A stretch of DNA of 64,000 nucleotides from the human T2T-CHM13v2.0 reference genome, Homo sapiens: NCBI RefSeq assembly GCF_009914755.1, contig NC_060925.1; one strand, written 5' to 3'. A program made the position numbers and the translations under genes. A model generated the notes under the pieces. That model had not been told where the DNA came from, ran no database searches, and saw only the letters and a list, made by a program, of their open reading frames with translations. This document shows, one piece after another, positions 11,601 to 27,100 of this stretch; position 1 is the first letter of the stretch, and every line of letters starts with the position of its first letter.

Positions 11601-14600
11601 CATCGAATGAATTGAATGCAATCATCGAATGGTCTCGAATGGAATCATCTTCTAATGGAAAGGAATGGAATCATCGCATAGAATCGAATGGAATTATCAT
11701 CGAATGGAATCGAATGGTATCAACACCAAACGGAAAAAAACGGAATTATCGAATGGAATCGAAGAGAATCATCGAATGGACCCGAATGGAATCATCTAAT
11801 GGAATGGAATGGAATAATCCATGGACTCGAATGCAATCATCATCGAATGGAATCGAATGGAATCATCGAATGGACTCGAATGGAATAATCATTGAACGGA
11901 ATCGAATGGAATCATCATCGGATGGAAACGAATGGAATCATCATCGAATGGAATCGAATAGAATTATGGAATGAAATCCAGTGTGATCATCATCGAATGG
12001 ACCCGAATGGAATCATCATCCAACGGAAGCTAATGGAATCAACATCGAATGAATCAAATGGAAACACCATCGAATTGAAACGAATGGAATTACCATGAAA
12101 TTGAAATGGATGGACTCATCATCGAATGGATTCGAATGGAATCATCGAATAAAATTGATTGAAATCATCATCGAATGGAATCGAATGGTATCATTGAATG
12201 GAATCGAATGGAATCATCATCAGATGGAAATGAATGGAATCGTCATAGAATGGAATCGAATGGATTCATTGAATGGAATCAGATGGAATCATTGAATGCA
12301 CTGGAATGGAATCATTGAATGGACTCGAAAGGGATCATGATTGAATGGAATTGAATGGAATCATCGAATGGTCTCGATTGGAATCATTATCAAATGGAAT
12401 CGAATGGAATCACTGAATAGAATCGAATGGAACAATCATCGAATGGACTCAAATGGAATTATCCTCCAATGGAATCGAATGGAATTATCGAATGCAATCG
12501 AATGGAATTATCGAATGCAATCGAATAGAATCATCGAATGGACTCGAATGGAATCATCGAATGGAATGGAATGGAACAGTCAATGAACTCGAATGGAATC
12601 ATCATTGAATGGAATCATCGAGTGGAATCGAAAGGAATTATGATCAAATGGAATCGAACGTAATCATCATCAAATGGAATCAAAAATAACCATCATCAAT
12701 TGGTATTGAATGGAATTGTCATCAAATGGAATTCAAAGGAATCATCATCAAATGGAACCGAATGGAATCCTCATTGAATGGAAATGAAAGGGGTCATCAT
12801 CTAATGGAATCGCATGGAATCATCATCAAATGGAATCGAATGGAATCATCATCAAATGGAATCTAATGGAATCATTGAAAAGAATTGAATGGAATCGTCA
12901 TCGAATGAATTTAATGCAATCATCGAATGGTCTCGAATGGAATCATCTTCTAATGGAAAGGACTGGAATCATCGCATAGAATCGAATGGAATTATCATCG
13001 AATGGAATCGAATGGTATCAACACCAAACGGAAAAAAACGGAATTATCGAATGGAATCGAAGAGAATCTTCGAACGGACCCGAATGGAATCATCTAATGG
13101 AATGGAATGGAATAATCCATGGACACGAATGCAATCATCATCGAATGGAATCGAATGGAATCATCGAATGGACTCGAATGGAATAATCATTGAACGGAAT
13201 CGAATGGAATCATCATCGGATGGAAACGAATGGAATCATCATCGAATGGAAATGAAAGGAGTCATCATCTAATGGAATTGCATGGAATCATCATCAAATG
13301 GAATCGAATGGAATCATCATCAAATGGAATCTAATGGAATCATTGAAAGAATTGAATGGAATCTTCATCGAATGAATTGAATGCAATCATCGAATGGTCT
13401 CGAATGGAATCATCTTCTAATGGAAAGGAATGGAATCATCGCATAGAATCGAATGGAATTATCATCGAATGGAATCGAATGGTATCAACACCAAACGGAA
13501 AAAAACGGAATTATCGAATGGAATCGAAGAGAATCTTCGAACGGACCCGAATGGAATCATCTAATGGAATGGAATGGAATAATCCATGGACTCGAATGCA
13601 ATCATCATCGAATGGAATCGAATGGAATCATCGAATGGACTCGAATGGAATAATCATTGAACGGAATCGAATGGAATCATCATCGGATGGAAACGAATGG
13701 AATCATCATCGAATGGAAATGAAAGGAGTCATCATCTAATGGAATTGCATGGAATCATCATAAAATGGAATCGAATGGAATCAACATCAAATGGAATCAA
13801 ATGGAATCATTGAACGGAATTGAATGGAATCGTCATCGAATGAATTGAATGCAATCATCGAATGGTCTCGAATGGAATCATCTTCAAATTGAATGGAATG
13901 GAATCATCGCATAGAATCGAATGGAATTATCATCGAATGGAATCGAATGGAATCAACATCAAACGGAAAAAAACGGAATTATCGAATGGAATCGAAGAGA
14001 ATCATCGAATGGACCCGAATGGAATCATCTAATGGAATGGAATGGAATAATCCATGGACTCGAATGCAATCATCATCGAATGGAATCGAATGGAATCATC
14101 GAATGGACTCGAATGGAATAATCATTGAACGGAATCGAATGGAATCATCATCGGATGGAAATGAAAGGAGTCATCATCTAATGGAATTGCATGGAATCAT
14201 CATAAAATGGAATCGAATGGAATCAACATCAAATGGAATCAAATGGAATCATTAAACGGAATTGAATGGAATCGTCATCGAATGAATTGAATGCAATCAT
14301 CGAATGGTCTCGAATGGAATCATCTTCAAATGGAATGGAATGGAATCATCGCATAGAATCGAATGGAATTATCATCGAATGGAATCGAATGGAATCAACA
14401 TCAAACGGAAAAAAACGGAATTATCGAATGGAATCGAAGAGAATCATCGAATGGACCCGAATGGAATCATCTAATGGAATGGAATGGAATAATCCATGGA
14501 CTCGAAAGCAATCATCATCGAATGGAATCGAATGGAATCATCGAATGGACTCGAATGGAATAATCATTGAACGGAATCGAATGGAATCATCATCGGATGG

Positions 14601-15199
14601 AAACGAATGGAATCATCATCGAATGGAAATGAAAGGAGTCATCATCTAATGGAATTGCATGGAATCATCATCAAATGGAATCGAATGGAATCAACATCAA
14701 ATGGAATCAAATGGAATCATTGAACGGAATTGAATGGAATCGTCATCGAATGAATTGAATGCAATCATCGAATGGTCTCGAATGGAATCTTCTTCAAATG
14801 GAATGGAATGGAATCATCGCATAGAATCGAATGGAATTATCATCGAATGGAATCGAATGGTATCAACATCAAACGGAAAAAAAAGGAATTATCGAATGGA
14901 ATCGAAGAGAATCTTCGAACGGACCCGAATGGAATCATCTAATGGAATGGAATGGAATAATCCATGGACTCGAATGCAATCATCATCGAATGGAATCGAA
15001 TGGAATCATTGAAAGGACTCGAATGGAATAATCATTGAACGGAATCGAATGGAATCATCATGGGATGGAAATGAATGGAATCATCATCGAATGGAATCGA
15101 ATAGAATTATGGAATGAAATCCAGTGTGATCATCATCGAATGGACCCGAATGGAATCATCATCCAACGGAAGCTAATGGAATCAACATCGAATGAATCG
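2614..15199 (+). repeat. 12,586-bp tandem duplication, copy 1
   Basis: ORF-track entries from 2652 to 15035 recur with identical translation at +12586 (e.g. 6536/19122, 8955/21541, 12889/25475). Private variants are shared. Confidence 0.93.
3456..4763 (+). repeat. Example long module L (1308 bp)
   Basis: Shares the first ~370 bp with S, followed by L-specific landmarks (gaaatccagtgtg, ggaaacacc, ataaaattgattg, gaaagggatc, aacagtcaatg, caaaaataacc, caattggtattg) and a tail (gaaaggggtc) homologous to the S tail. Confidence 0.9.
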
Positions 15200-18100
15200 A
15201 ATGGAAACACCATCGAATTGAAACGAATGGAATTACCATGAAATTGAAATGGATGGACTCATCCTCAAATGGATTCGAGTGGAATCATCGAATAAAATCG
15301 ATTGAAATCATCATCGAATGGAATAGAATGGTATCATTGAATGGAATCGAATGGAATCATCATCAGATGGAAATGAAAGGAATCGTCATAGAATGGAATC
15401 GAATGGATTCATTGAATGGAATCAGATGGAATCATTGAATGGACTGGAATGGAATCATTGAATGGACTCGAAAGGGATCATTATTGAATGGAATTGAATG
15501 GAATCATCGAATGGTCTCGATTGGAATCATTATCAAATGGAATCGAATGGAATCACCGAATAGAATCGAATGGAACAATCATCGAATGGACTCAAATGGA
15601 ATTATCCTCAAATGGAATCGAATGGAATTATCGAATGCAATCGAATGGAATTATCGAATGCAATCGAATAGAATCATCGAATGGACTCGAATGGAATCAT
15701 CGAATGGAATGGAATGGAACAGTCAATGAACTCGAATGGAATCATCATTGAATGGAATCGAATGGAATCATCGAGTGGAATCGAATGTCATCATCATCAA
15801 ATGGAATCAAAAATAACCATCATCAAATGGAATCAAAAGTAACCATCATCAATTGGTATTGAATGGAATTCTCATCAAATGGAATTCAAAGGAATCATCA
15901 TCAAATGGAACCGAATGGAATCCTCATTGAATGGAAATGAAAGGGGTCATCATCTAATGGAATCGCATGGAATCATCATAAAATGGAATAGAATGGAATC
16001 AACATCAAATGGAATCAAATGGAATCATTGAACGGAATTGAATGGAATCGTCATCGAATGAATTGAATGCAATCATCGAATGGTCTCGAATGGAATCATC
16101 TTCAAATGGAATGGAATGGAATCATCGCATAGAATCGAATGGAATTATCATCGAATGGAATCGAATGGAATCAACATCAAACGGAAAAAAACGGAATTAT
16201 CGAATGGAATCGAAGAGAATCATCGAATGGACCCGAATGGAATCATCTAATGGAATGGAATGGAATAATCCATGGACTCGAATGCAATCATCATCGAATG
16301 GAATCGAATGGAATCATCGAATGGACTCGAATGGAATAATCATTGAACGGAATCGAATGGAATCATCATCGGATGGAAATGAATGGAATCATCATCGAAT
16401 GGAATCGAATAGAATTATGGAATGAAATCCAGTGTGATCATCATCGAATGTACCCGAATGGAATCATCATCCATCGGAAGCAAATGGAATCAACATCGAA
16501 TGAATCGAATGGAAACACCATCGAATTGAAACGAATGGAATTATCATGAAATTGAAATGGATGGACTCATCATCGAATGGATTCGAATGGAATCATCGAA
16601 TAAAATTGATTGAAATCATCATCAAATGGAATCGAATGGCATCATTGAATGGAATCGAATGGAATCATCATCAGATGGAAATGAATGGAATCGTCATAGA
16701 ATGGAATCGAATGGATTCATTGAATGGAATCAGATGGAATCATCGAATGGACTGGAATGGAATCATTGAATGGACTCGAAAGGGATCATGATTGAATGGA
16801 ATTGAATGGAATCATCGAATGGTCTCGATTGGAATCATTATCAAATGGAATCGAATGGAATCACCGAATAGAATCGAATGGAACAATCATCGAATGGACT
16901 CAAATGGAATTATCCTCCAATGGAATCGAATGGAATTATCGAATGCAATCGAATGGAATTATCGAATGCAATCGAATAGAATCATCGAATGGACTCGAAT
17001 GGAATCATCGAATGGAATGGAATGGAACAGTCAATGAACTCGAATGGAATCATCATTGAATGGAATCGAATGGAATCATCGAGTGGAATCGAATGGAATT
17101 ATGATCAAATGGAATCGAATGTAATCATCATCAAATGGAATCAAAAATAACCATCATCAATTGGTATTGAATGGAATTGTCATCAAATGGAATTCAAAGG
17201 AAACATCATCAAATGGAACCGAATGGAATCCTCATTGAATGGAAATGAAAGGGGTCATCATATAATGGAATCGCATGGAATCATCATCAAATGGAATCGA
17301 ATGGAATCATCATCAAATGGAATCTAATGGAATCATTCAACAGAATTGAATGGAATCGTCATCGAATGAATTGAATGCAATCATCGAATGGTCTCGAATG
17401 GAACCATCTTCTAATGGAAAGGAATGGAATCATCGCATAGAATCGAATGGAATTGTCATCGAATGGAATCGAATGGTATCAACATCAAACGGAAAAAAAC
17501 GGAATTATCGAATGGAATCGAAGAGAATCTTCGAACGGACCCGAATGGAATCATCTAATGGAATGGAATGGAATAATCCATGGACTCGAATGCAATCATC
17601 ATCGAATGGAATCGAATGGAATCATCGAATGGACTCGAATGCAATAATCATTGAACGGAATCGAATGGAATCATCATCGGATGGAAACGAATGGAATCAT
17701 CATCGGATGGGAATGAAAGGAGTCATCATCTAATGGAATTGCATGGAATCATCATAAAATGGAATCGAATGGAATCAACATCAAATGGAATCAAATGGAA
17801 TCATTGAACGGAATTGAATGGAATCGTCATCGAATGAATTGAATGCAATCATCGAATGGTATCGAATGGAATCATCTTCAAATGGAATGGAATGGAATCA
17901 TCGCATAGAATCGAATGGAATTCTCATCGAATGGAATCGAATGGAATCAACATCAAACGGAAAAAAACGGAATTATCGAATGGAATCGAAGAGAATCATC
18001 GAATGGGCCCGAATGGAATCATCTAATGGAATGGAATGGAATAATCCATGGACTCGAATGCAATCATCATCGAATGGAATCGAATGGAATCATCGAATGG

Positions 18101-21100
18101 ACTCGAATGGAATAATCATTGAACGGAATCGAATGGAATCATCATCGGATGGAAATGAATGGAATCATCATCGAATGGAATCGAATAGAATTATGGAATG
18201 AAATCCAGTGTGATCATCATCGAATGGACCCGAATGGAATCATCATCCAACGGAAGCTAATGGAATCAACATCGAATGAATCCAATGGAAACACCATCGA
18301 ATTGAAACGAATGGAATTACCATGAAATTGAAATGGATGGACTCATCATCAAATGGATTCGAGTGGAATCATCGAATAAAATTGATTGAAATCATCATCG
18401 AATGGAATCGAATGGTATCATTGAATGGAATCGAATGGAATCATCATTAGATGGAAATGAAAGGAATCGTCTTAGAATGGAATCGAATGGATTCATTGAA
18501 TGGAATCAGATGGAATCCTTGAATGGACTGGAATGGAATCATTGAATGGACTCGAAAGGGATCATTATTGAATGGAATGGAATGGAATCATCGAATGGTC
18601 TCGATTGGAATCATTATCAAATGGAATCGAATGGAATCACCGAATAGAATCTAATGGAACAATCATCGAATGGACTCAAATGGAATTATCCTCAAATGGA
18701 ATTGAATGGAATTATCGAATGCAATCGAATGGAATTATCGAATGCAATCGAATAGAATCATCGAATGGACTCGAATGGAATCATCGAATGGAATGGAATG
18801 GAACAGTCAATGAACTCGAATGGAATCATCATTGAATGGAATCGAATGGAATCATCGAGTGGAATCGAATGTAATCATCATCAAATGGAATCAAAAATAA
18901 CCATCATCAAATGGAATCAAAAATAACCATCATCAATTGGTATTGAATGGAATTCTCATCAAATGGAATTCAAAGGAATCATCATCAAATGGAACCGAAT
19001 GGAATCCTCATTGAATGGAAATGAAAGGGGTCATCATCTAATGGAATCGCATGGAATCATCATAAAATGGAATCGAATGGAATCAACATCAAATAGAATC
19101 AAATGGAATCATTGAACGGAATTGAATGGAATGGTCATCGAAAGAATTGAATGCAATCATCGAATGGTCTCGAATGGAATCATCTTCAAATGGAATGGAA
19201 TGGAATCATCGCATAGAATCGAATGGAATTATCATCGAATGGCATCGAATGGAATCAACACCAAACGGAAAAAAACGGAATTATCTAATGGAATCGAAGA
19301 GAATCATCGAATGGACCAGAATGGATCATCTAATGGAATGGAATGGAATAATCCATGGACTCGAATGCAATCATCATCGAATGGAATCGAATGGAATCAT
19401 CGAATGGACTCGAATGGAATAATCATTGAACGGAATCGAATGGAATCATCATCGGATGGAAACGAATGGAATCATCATCGAATGGAAATGAAAGGAGTCA
19501 TCATCTAATGGAATTGCATGGAATCATCATCAAATGGAATCGAATGGAATCAACATCAAATGCAATCAAATGGAATCATTGAACGGAATTGAATGGAATC
19601 GTCATCGAATGAATTGAATGCAATCATCGAATGGTCTCGAATGGAATCATCTTCAAATGGAATGGAATGGAATCATCGCATAGAATCGAATGGAATTATC
19701 ATCGAATGGAATCGAATGGAATCAACATCAAATGGAAACAAAAGGAATTATTGAGCGGAATTAAATGGAATCGTCAACGAATGAATTGAATGCAATCATC
19801 GAACGGTCTCGAATGGAATCATCTTCAAATGGAATGGAATGGAATCATCGCATAGAATCGAATGGAATTATCATCGAATGGAATCGAATGGAATCAACAT
19901 CAAACGGAAAAAAACGGAATTATCGAATGGAATCGAAAAGAATCATCGAATGGTCCCGAATGGAATCATCTAATGGAATGGAATGGAATAATCCATGGAC
20001 TCGAATGCAATCATCATCGAATGGAATCGAATGGAATCATCGAATGGACTCGAATGGAATAATCATTGAACGGAATCGAATGGAATCATCATCGGATGGA
20101 AATGAATGGAATCATCATCGAATGGAATCGAATAGAATTATGGAATGAAATCCAGTGTGATCATCATCGAATGGACCCGAATGGAATCATCATCCAACGG
20201 CAGCTAATGGAATCAACATCGAATGAATCGAATGGAAACACCATCGAATTGAAACGAATGGAATTATCATGAAATTGAAATGGATGGACTCATCATCGAA
20301 TGGATTCGAATGGAATCATCGAATAAAATTGATTGAAATCATCATCAAATGGAATCGAATGGTATCATTGAATGGAATCGAATGGAATCATCATCAGATG
20401 GAAATGAATGGAATCGTCATAGAATGGAATCGAATGGATTCATTGAATGGAATCAGATGGAATCATCGAATGGACTGGAATGGAATCATTGAATGGACTC
20501 GAAAGGGATCATTATTGAATGGAATTGAATGGAATCATCGAATGGTCTCGATTGGAATCATTATCAAATGGAATCGAATGGAATCACCGAATAGAATCGA
20601 ATGGAACAATCATCGAATGGACTCAAATGGAATTATCCTCAAATGGAATGGAATGGAATTATCGACTGCAATCGAATGGAATTATCGAATGCAATCGAAT
20701 AGAATCATCGAATGGACTCGAATGGAATCATCGAATGGAATGGAATGGAACAGTCAATGAACTCGAATGGAATCATCATTGAATGGAATCGAATGGAATC
20801 ATCGAGTGGAATCGAATGGAATTATGATCAAATGGAATCGAATGTAATCATCATCAAATGGAATCAAAAATAACCATCATCAATTGGTATTGAATGGAAT
20901 TGTCATCAAATGGAATTCAAAGGAATCATCATCAAATGGAACCGAATGGAATCCTCATTGAATGGAAATGAAAGGGGTCATCATCTAATGGAATCGCATG
21001 GAATCATCATCAAATGGAATCGAAAGGAATCATCATCAAATGGAATCTGATGGAATCATTGAACAGAATTGAATGGAATCGTCATCGAATGAATTGAATG

Positions 21101-24100
21101 CACTCATCGAATGGTCTCGAATGGAATCATCTTCTAATGGAAAGGAATGGAATCATCGCATAAAATCGAATGGAATTAACATTGAATGGACTCGAATGGA
21201 ATCAACATCAAACGGAATCAAGCCGAATTATCGAATGGAATCGAAGAGAATCATAGAATGGACTCGAATGGAATCATCTAATGGAATGGAATGGAATAAT
21301 CCACGGACCCGAATGCAATCATCATCGAATGGAATCGAATGGAATCATCGAATGGACTCGAATGGAATAAACATTGAACGGAATCGAATGGAATCATCAT
21401 CGGATGGAAACGAATGGAATCATCATCGAATGGAAATGAAAGGAATCATCATCTAATGGAATTGCATGGAATCATCATCAAATGGAATCGAATGGAATCA
21501 ACATCAAATGGAATCAAATGGAATCATTGAACGGAATTGAGTGGAATCGTCATCGAATGAATTGAATGCAATCATCGAATGGTCTCGAATGGAATCATCT
21601 TCAAATGGAATGGAAAGGAATCATCGCATAGAATCGAATGGAATTATCATCGAATGGAATCGAATCGTATCAACATCAAACGGAAAAAAACGGAATTATC
21701 GAATGGAATCGAAGAGAATCTTCGAACGGACCCGAATGGAATCATCTAATGGAATGGAATGGAACAATCCATGGACTGGAAGGCAAATATCATTGAACGG
21801 AATCGAATGGAATCATCATCGGATGGACACGACTGGAATCATCATTGAATGGAAATGAAAGGGGTCATCATCTAATGGAATCGCATGGAATCATCATCAA
21901 ATGGAATCGAATGGAATCATCATCAAATGGAATCTAATGGAATCATTGAACAGAATTGAATGGAATCGTCATCGAATGAATTGAATGCAATCATCGAATG
22001 GTCTCGAATGGAATCATCTTCTAATGGAAAGGAACGGAATCATCTCATAGAATCGAATGGAATTATCATCGAATGGAATCGAATGGTATCAACACCAAAC
22101 GGAAAAAAACGGAATTATCGAATGGAATCGAAGAGAATCTTCGAACGGACCCGAATGGAATCATCTAATGGAATGGAATGGAATAATCCATGGACTCGAA
22201 TGCAATCATCATCGAATGGAATCGAATGGAATCATCGAATGGACTCGAATGGAATAATCATTGAACGGAATCGAATGGAATCATCATCGGATGGAAACGA
22301 ATGGAATCATCATCGAATGGAAATGAAAGCAGTCATCATCTAATGGAATTGCATGGAATCATCATAAAATGGAATCGAATGGAATCAACATCAAATGGAA
22401 TCAAATGGAATCATTGAACGGAATTGAATGGAATCGTCATCGAATGAATTGAATGCAATCATCGAATGGTCTCGAATGGAATCATCTTCAAATGGAAGGG
22501 AATGGAATCATCGCATAGAATCGAATGGAATTATCATCGAATGGAATCGAATGGAATCAACATCAAACGGAAAAAAACGGAATTATCGAATGGAATCGAA
22601 GAGAATCATCGAATGGACCCGAATGGAATCATCTAATGGAATGGAATGGAATAATCCATGGACTCGAATGCAATCATCATCGAATGGAATCGAATGGAAT
22701 CATCGAATGGACTCGAATGGAATAATCATTGAACGGAATCGAATGGAATCATCATCGGATGGAAATGAAAGGAGTCATCATCTAATGGAATTGCATGGAA
22801 TCATCATCAAATGGAATCGAATGGAATCAACATCAAATGGAATCAAATGGAATCATTGAACGGAATTGAATGGAATCGTCATCGAATGAATTGAATGCAA
22901 TCATCGAATGGTCTCGAATGGAATCTTCTTCAAATGGAATGGAATGGAATCATCGCATAGAATCGAATGGAATTATCATCGAATGGAATCGAATGGTATC
23001 AACATCAAACGGAAAAAAACGGAATTATCGAATGGAATCGAAGAGAATCTTCGAACGGACCCGAATGGAATCATCTAATGGAATGGAATGGAATAATCCA
23101 TGGACTCGAATGCAATCATCATCGAATGGAATCGAATGGAATCATTGAAAGGACTCGAATGGAATAATCATTGAACGGAATCGAATGGAATCATCATGGG
23201 ATGGAAATGAATGGAATCATCATCGAATGGAATCGAATAGAATTATGGAATGAAATCCAGTGTGATCATCATCGAATGGACCCGAATGGAATCATCATCC
23301 AACGGAAGCTAATGGAATCAACATCGAATGAATCGAATGGAAACACCATCGAATTGAAACGAATGGAATTACCATGAAATTGAAATGGATGGACTCATCA
23401 TCGAATGGATTCGAATGGAATCATCGAATAAAATTGATTGAAATCATCATCGAATGGAATCGAATGGTATCATTGAATGGAATCGAATGGAATCATCATC
23501 AGATGGAAATGAATGGAATCGTCATAGAATGGGATCGAATGGATTCATTGAATGGAATCAGATGGAATCATCGAATGGACTGGAATGGAATCATTGAATG
23601 GACTCGAAAGGGATCATTATTGAATGGAATTGAATGGAATCATCGAATGGTCTCGATTGGAATCATTATCAAATGGAATCGAATGGAATCACCGAATAGA
23701 ATCGAATGGAACAATCATCGAATGGACTCAAATGGAATTATCCTCAAATGGAATCGAATGGAATTATCGAATGCAATCGAATGGAATTATCGAATGCAAT
23801 CCAATAGAATCATCGAATGGACTCGAATGGAATCATCGAATGGAATGGAATGGAACAGTCAATGAACTCGAATGGAATCATCATTGAATGGAATCGAATG
23901 GAATCATCGAGTGGAATCGAATGGAATTATGATCAAATGGAATCGAATGTAATCATCATCAAATGGAATCAAAAATAACCATCATCAATTGGTATTGAAT
24001 GGAATTGTCATCAAATGGAATTCAAAGGAATCATCATCAAATGGAACCGAATGGAATCCTCATTGAATGGAAATGAAAGGGGTCATCATGTAATGGAATC

Positions 24101-27100
24101 GCATGGAATCATCATCAAATGGAATCGAATGGAATCATCATCAAATGGAATCTAATGGAATCATTGAAAGAATTGAATGGAATCATCATCGAATGAATTG
24201 AATGCAATCATCGAATGGTCTCGAATGGAATCATCTTCTAATGGAAAGGAATGGAATCATCGCATAGAATCGAATGGAATTATCATCGAATGGAATCGAA
24301 TGGTATCAACACCAAACGGAAAAAAACGGAATTATCGAATGGAATCGAAGAGAATCATCGAATGGACCCGAATGGAATCATCTAATGGAATGGAATGGAA
24401 TAATCCATGGACTCGAATGCAATCATCATCGAATGGAATCGAATGGAATCATCGAATGGACTCGAATGGAATAATCATTGAACGGAATCGAATGGAATCA
24501 TCATCGGATGGAAACGAATGGAATCATCATCGAATGGAATCGAATAGAATTATGGAATGAAATCCAGTGTGATCATCATCGAATGGACCCGAATGGAATC
24601 ATCATCCAACGGAAGCTAATGGAATCAACATCGAATGAATCAAATGGAAACACCATCGAATTGAAACGAATGGAATTACCATGAAATTGAAATGGATGGA
24701 CTCATCATCGAATGGATTCGAATGGAATCATCGAATAAAATTGATTGAAATCATCATCGAATGGAATCGAATGGTATCATTGAATGGAATCGAATGGAAT
24801 CATCATCAGATGGAAATGAATGGAATCGTCATAGAATGGAATCGAATGGATTCATTGAATGGAATCAGATGGAATCATTGAATGCACTGGAATGGAATCA
24901 TTGAATGGACTCGAAAGGGATCATGATTGAATGGAATTGAATGGAATCATCGAATGGTCTCGATTGGAATCATTATCAAATGGAATCGAATGGAATCACT
25001 GAATAGAATCGAATGGAACAATCATCGAATGGACTCAAATGGAATTATCCTCCAATGGAATCGAATGGAATTATCGAATGCAATCGAATGGAATTATCGA
25101 ATGCAATCGAATAGAATCATCGAATGGACTCGAATGGAATCATCGAATGGAATGGAATGGAACAGTCAATGAACTCGAATGGAATCATCATTGAATGGAA
25201 TCATCGAGTGGAATCGAAAGGAATTATGATCAAATGGAATCGAACGTAATCATCATCAAATGGAATCAAAAATAACCATCATCAATTGGTATTGAATGGA
25301 ATTGTCATCAAATGGAATTCAAAGGAATCATCATCAAATGGAACCGAATGGAATCCTCATTGAATGGAAATGAAAGGGGTCATCATCTAATGGAATCGCA
25401 TGGAATCATCATCAAATGGAATCGAATGGAATCATCATCAAATGGAATCTAATGGAATCATTGAAAAGAATTGAATGGAATCGTCATCGAATGAATTTAA
25501 TGCAATCATCGAATGGTCTCGAATGGAATCATCTTCTAATGGAAAGGACTGGAATCATCGCATAGAATCGAATGGAATTATCATCGAATGGAATCGAATG
25601 GTATCAACACCAAACGGAAAAAAACGGAATTATCGAATGGAATCGAAGAGAATCTTCGAACGGACCCGAATGGAATCATCTAATGGAATGGAATGGAATA
25701 ATCCATGGACACGAATGCAATCATCATCGAATGGAATCGAATGGAATCATCGAATGGACTCGAATGGAATAATCATTGAACGGAATCGAATGGAATCATC
25801 ATCGGATGGAAACGAATGGAATCATCATCGAATGGAAATGAAAGGAGTCATCATCTAATGGAATTGCATGGAATCATCATCAAATGGAATCGAATGGAAT
25901 CATCATCAAATGGAATCTAATGGAATCATTGAAAGAATTGAATGGAATCTTCATCGAATGAATTGAATGCAATCATCGAATGGTCTCGAATGGAATCATC
26001 TTCTAATGGAAAGGAATGGAATCATCGCATAGAATCGAATGGAATTATCATCGAATGGAATCGAATGGTATCAACACCAAACGGAAAAAAACGGAATTAT
26101 CGAATGGAATCGAAGAGAATCTTCGAACGGACCCGAATGGAATCATCTAATGGAATGGAATGGAATAATCCATGGACTCGAATGCAATCATCATCGAATG
26201 GAATCGAATGGAATCATCGAATGGACTCGAATGGAATAATCATTGAACGGAATCGAATGGAATCATCATCGGATGGAAACGAATGGAATCATCATCGAAT
26301 GGAAATGAAAGGAGTCATCATCTAATGGAATTGCATGGAATCATCATAAAATGGAATCGAATGGAATCAACATCAAATGGAATCAAATGGAATCATTGAA
26401 CGGAATTGAATGGAATCGTCATCGAATGAATTGAATGCAATCATCGAATGGTCTCGAATGGAATCATCTTCAAATTGAATGGAATGGAATCATCGCATAG
26501 AATCGAATGGAATTATCATCGAATGGAATCGAATGGAATCAACATCAAACGGAAAAAAACGGAATTATCGAATGGAATCGAAGAGAATCATCGAATGGAC
26601 CCGAATGGAATCATCTAATGGAATGGAATGGAATAATCCATGGACTCGAATGCAATCATCATCGAATGGAATCGAATGGAATCATCGAATGGACTCGAAT
26701 GGAATAATCATTGAACGGAATCGAATGGAATCATCATCGGATGGAAATGAAAGGAGTCATCATCTAATGGAATTGCATGGAATCATCATAAAATGGAATC
26801 GAATGGAATCAACATCAAATGGAATCAAATGGAATCATTAAACGGAATTGAATGGAATCGTCATCGAATGAATTGAATGCAATCATCGAATGGTCTCGAA
26901 TGGAATCATCTTCAAATGGAATGGAATGGAATCATCGCATAGAATCGAATGGAATTATCATCGAATGGAATCGAATGGAATCAACATCAAACGGAAAAAA
27001 ACGGAATTATCGAATGGAATCGAAGAGAATCATCGAATGGACCCGAATGGAATCATCTAATGGAATGGAATGGAATAATCCATGGACTCGAAAGCAATCA

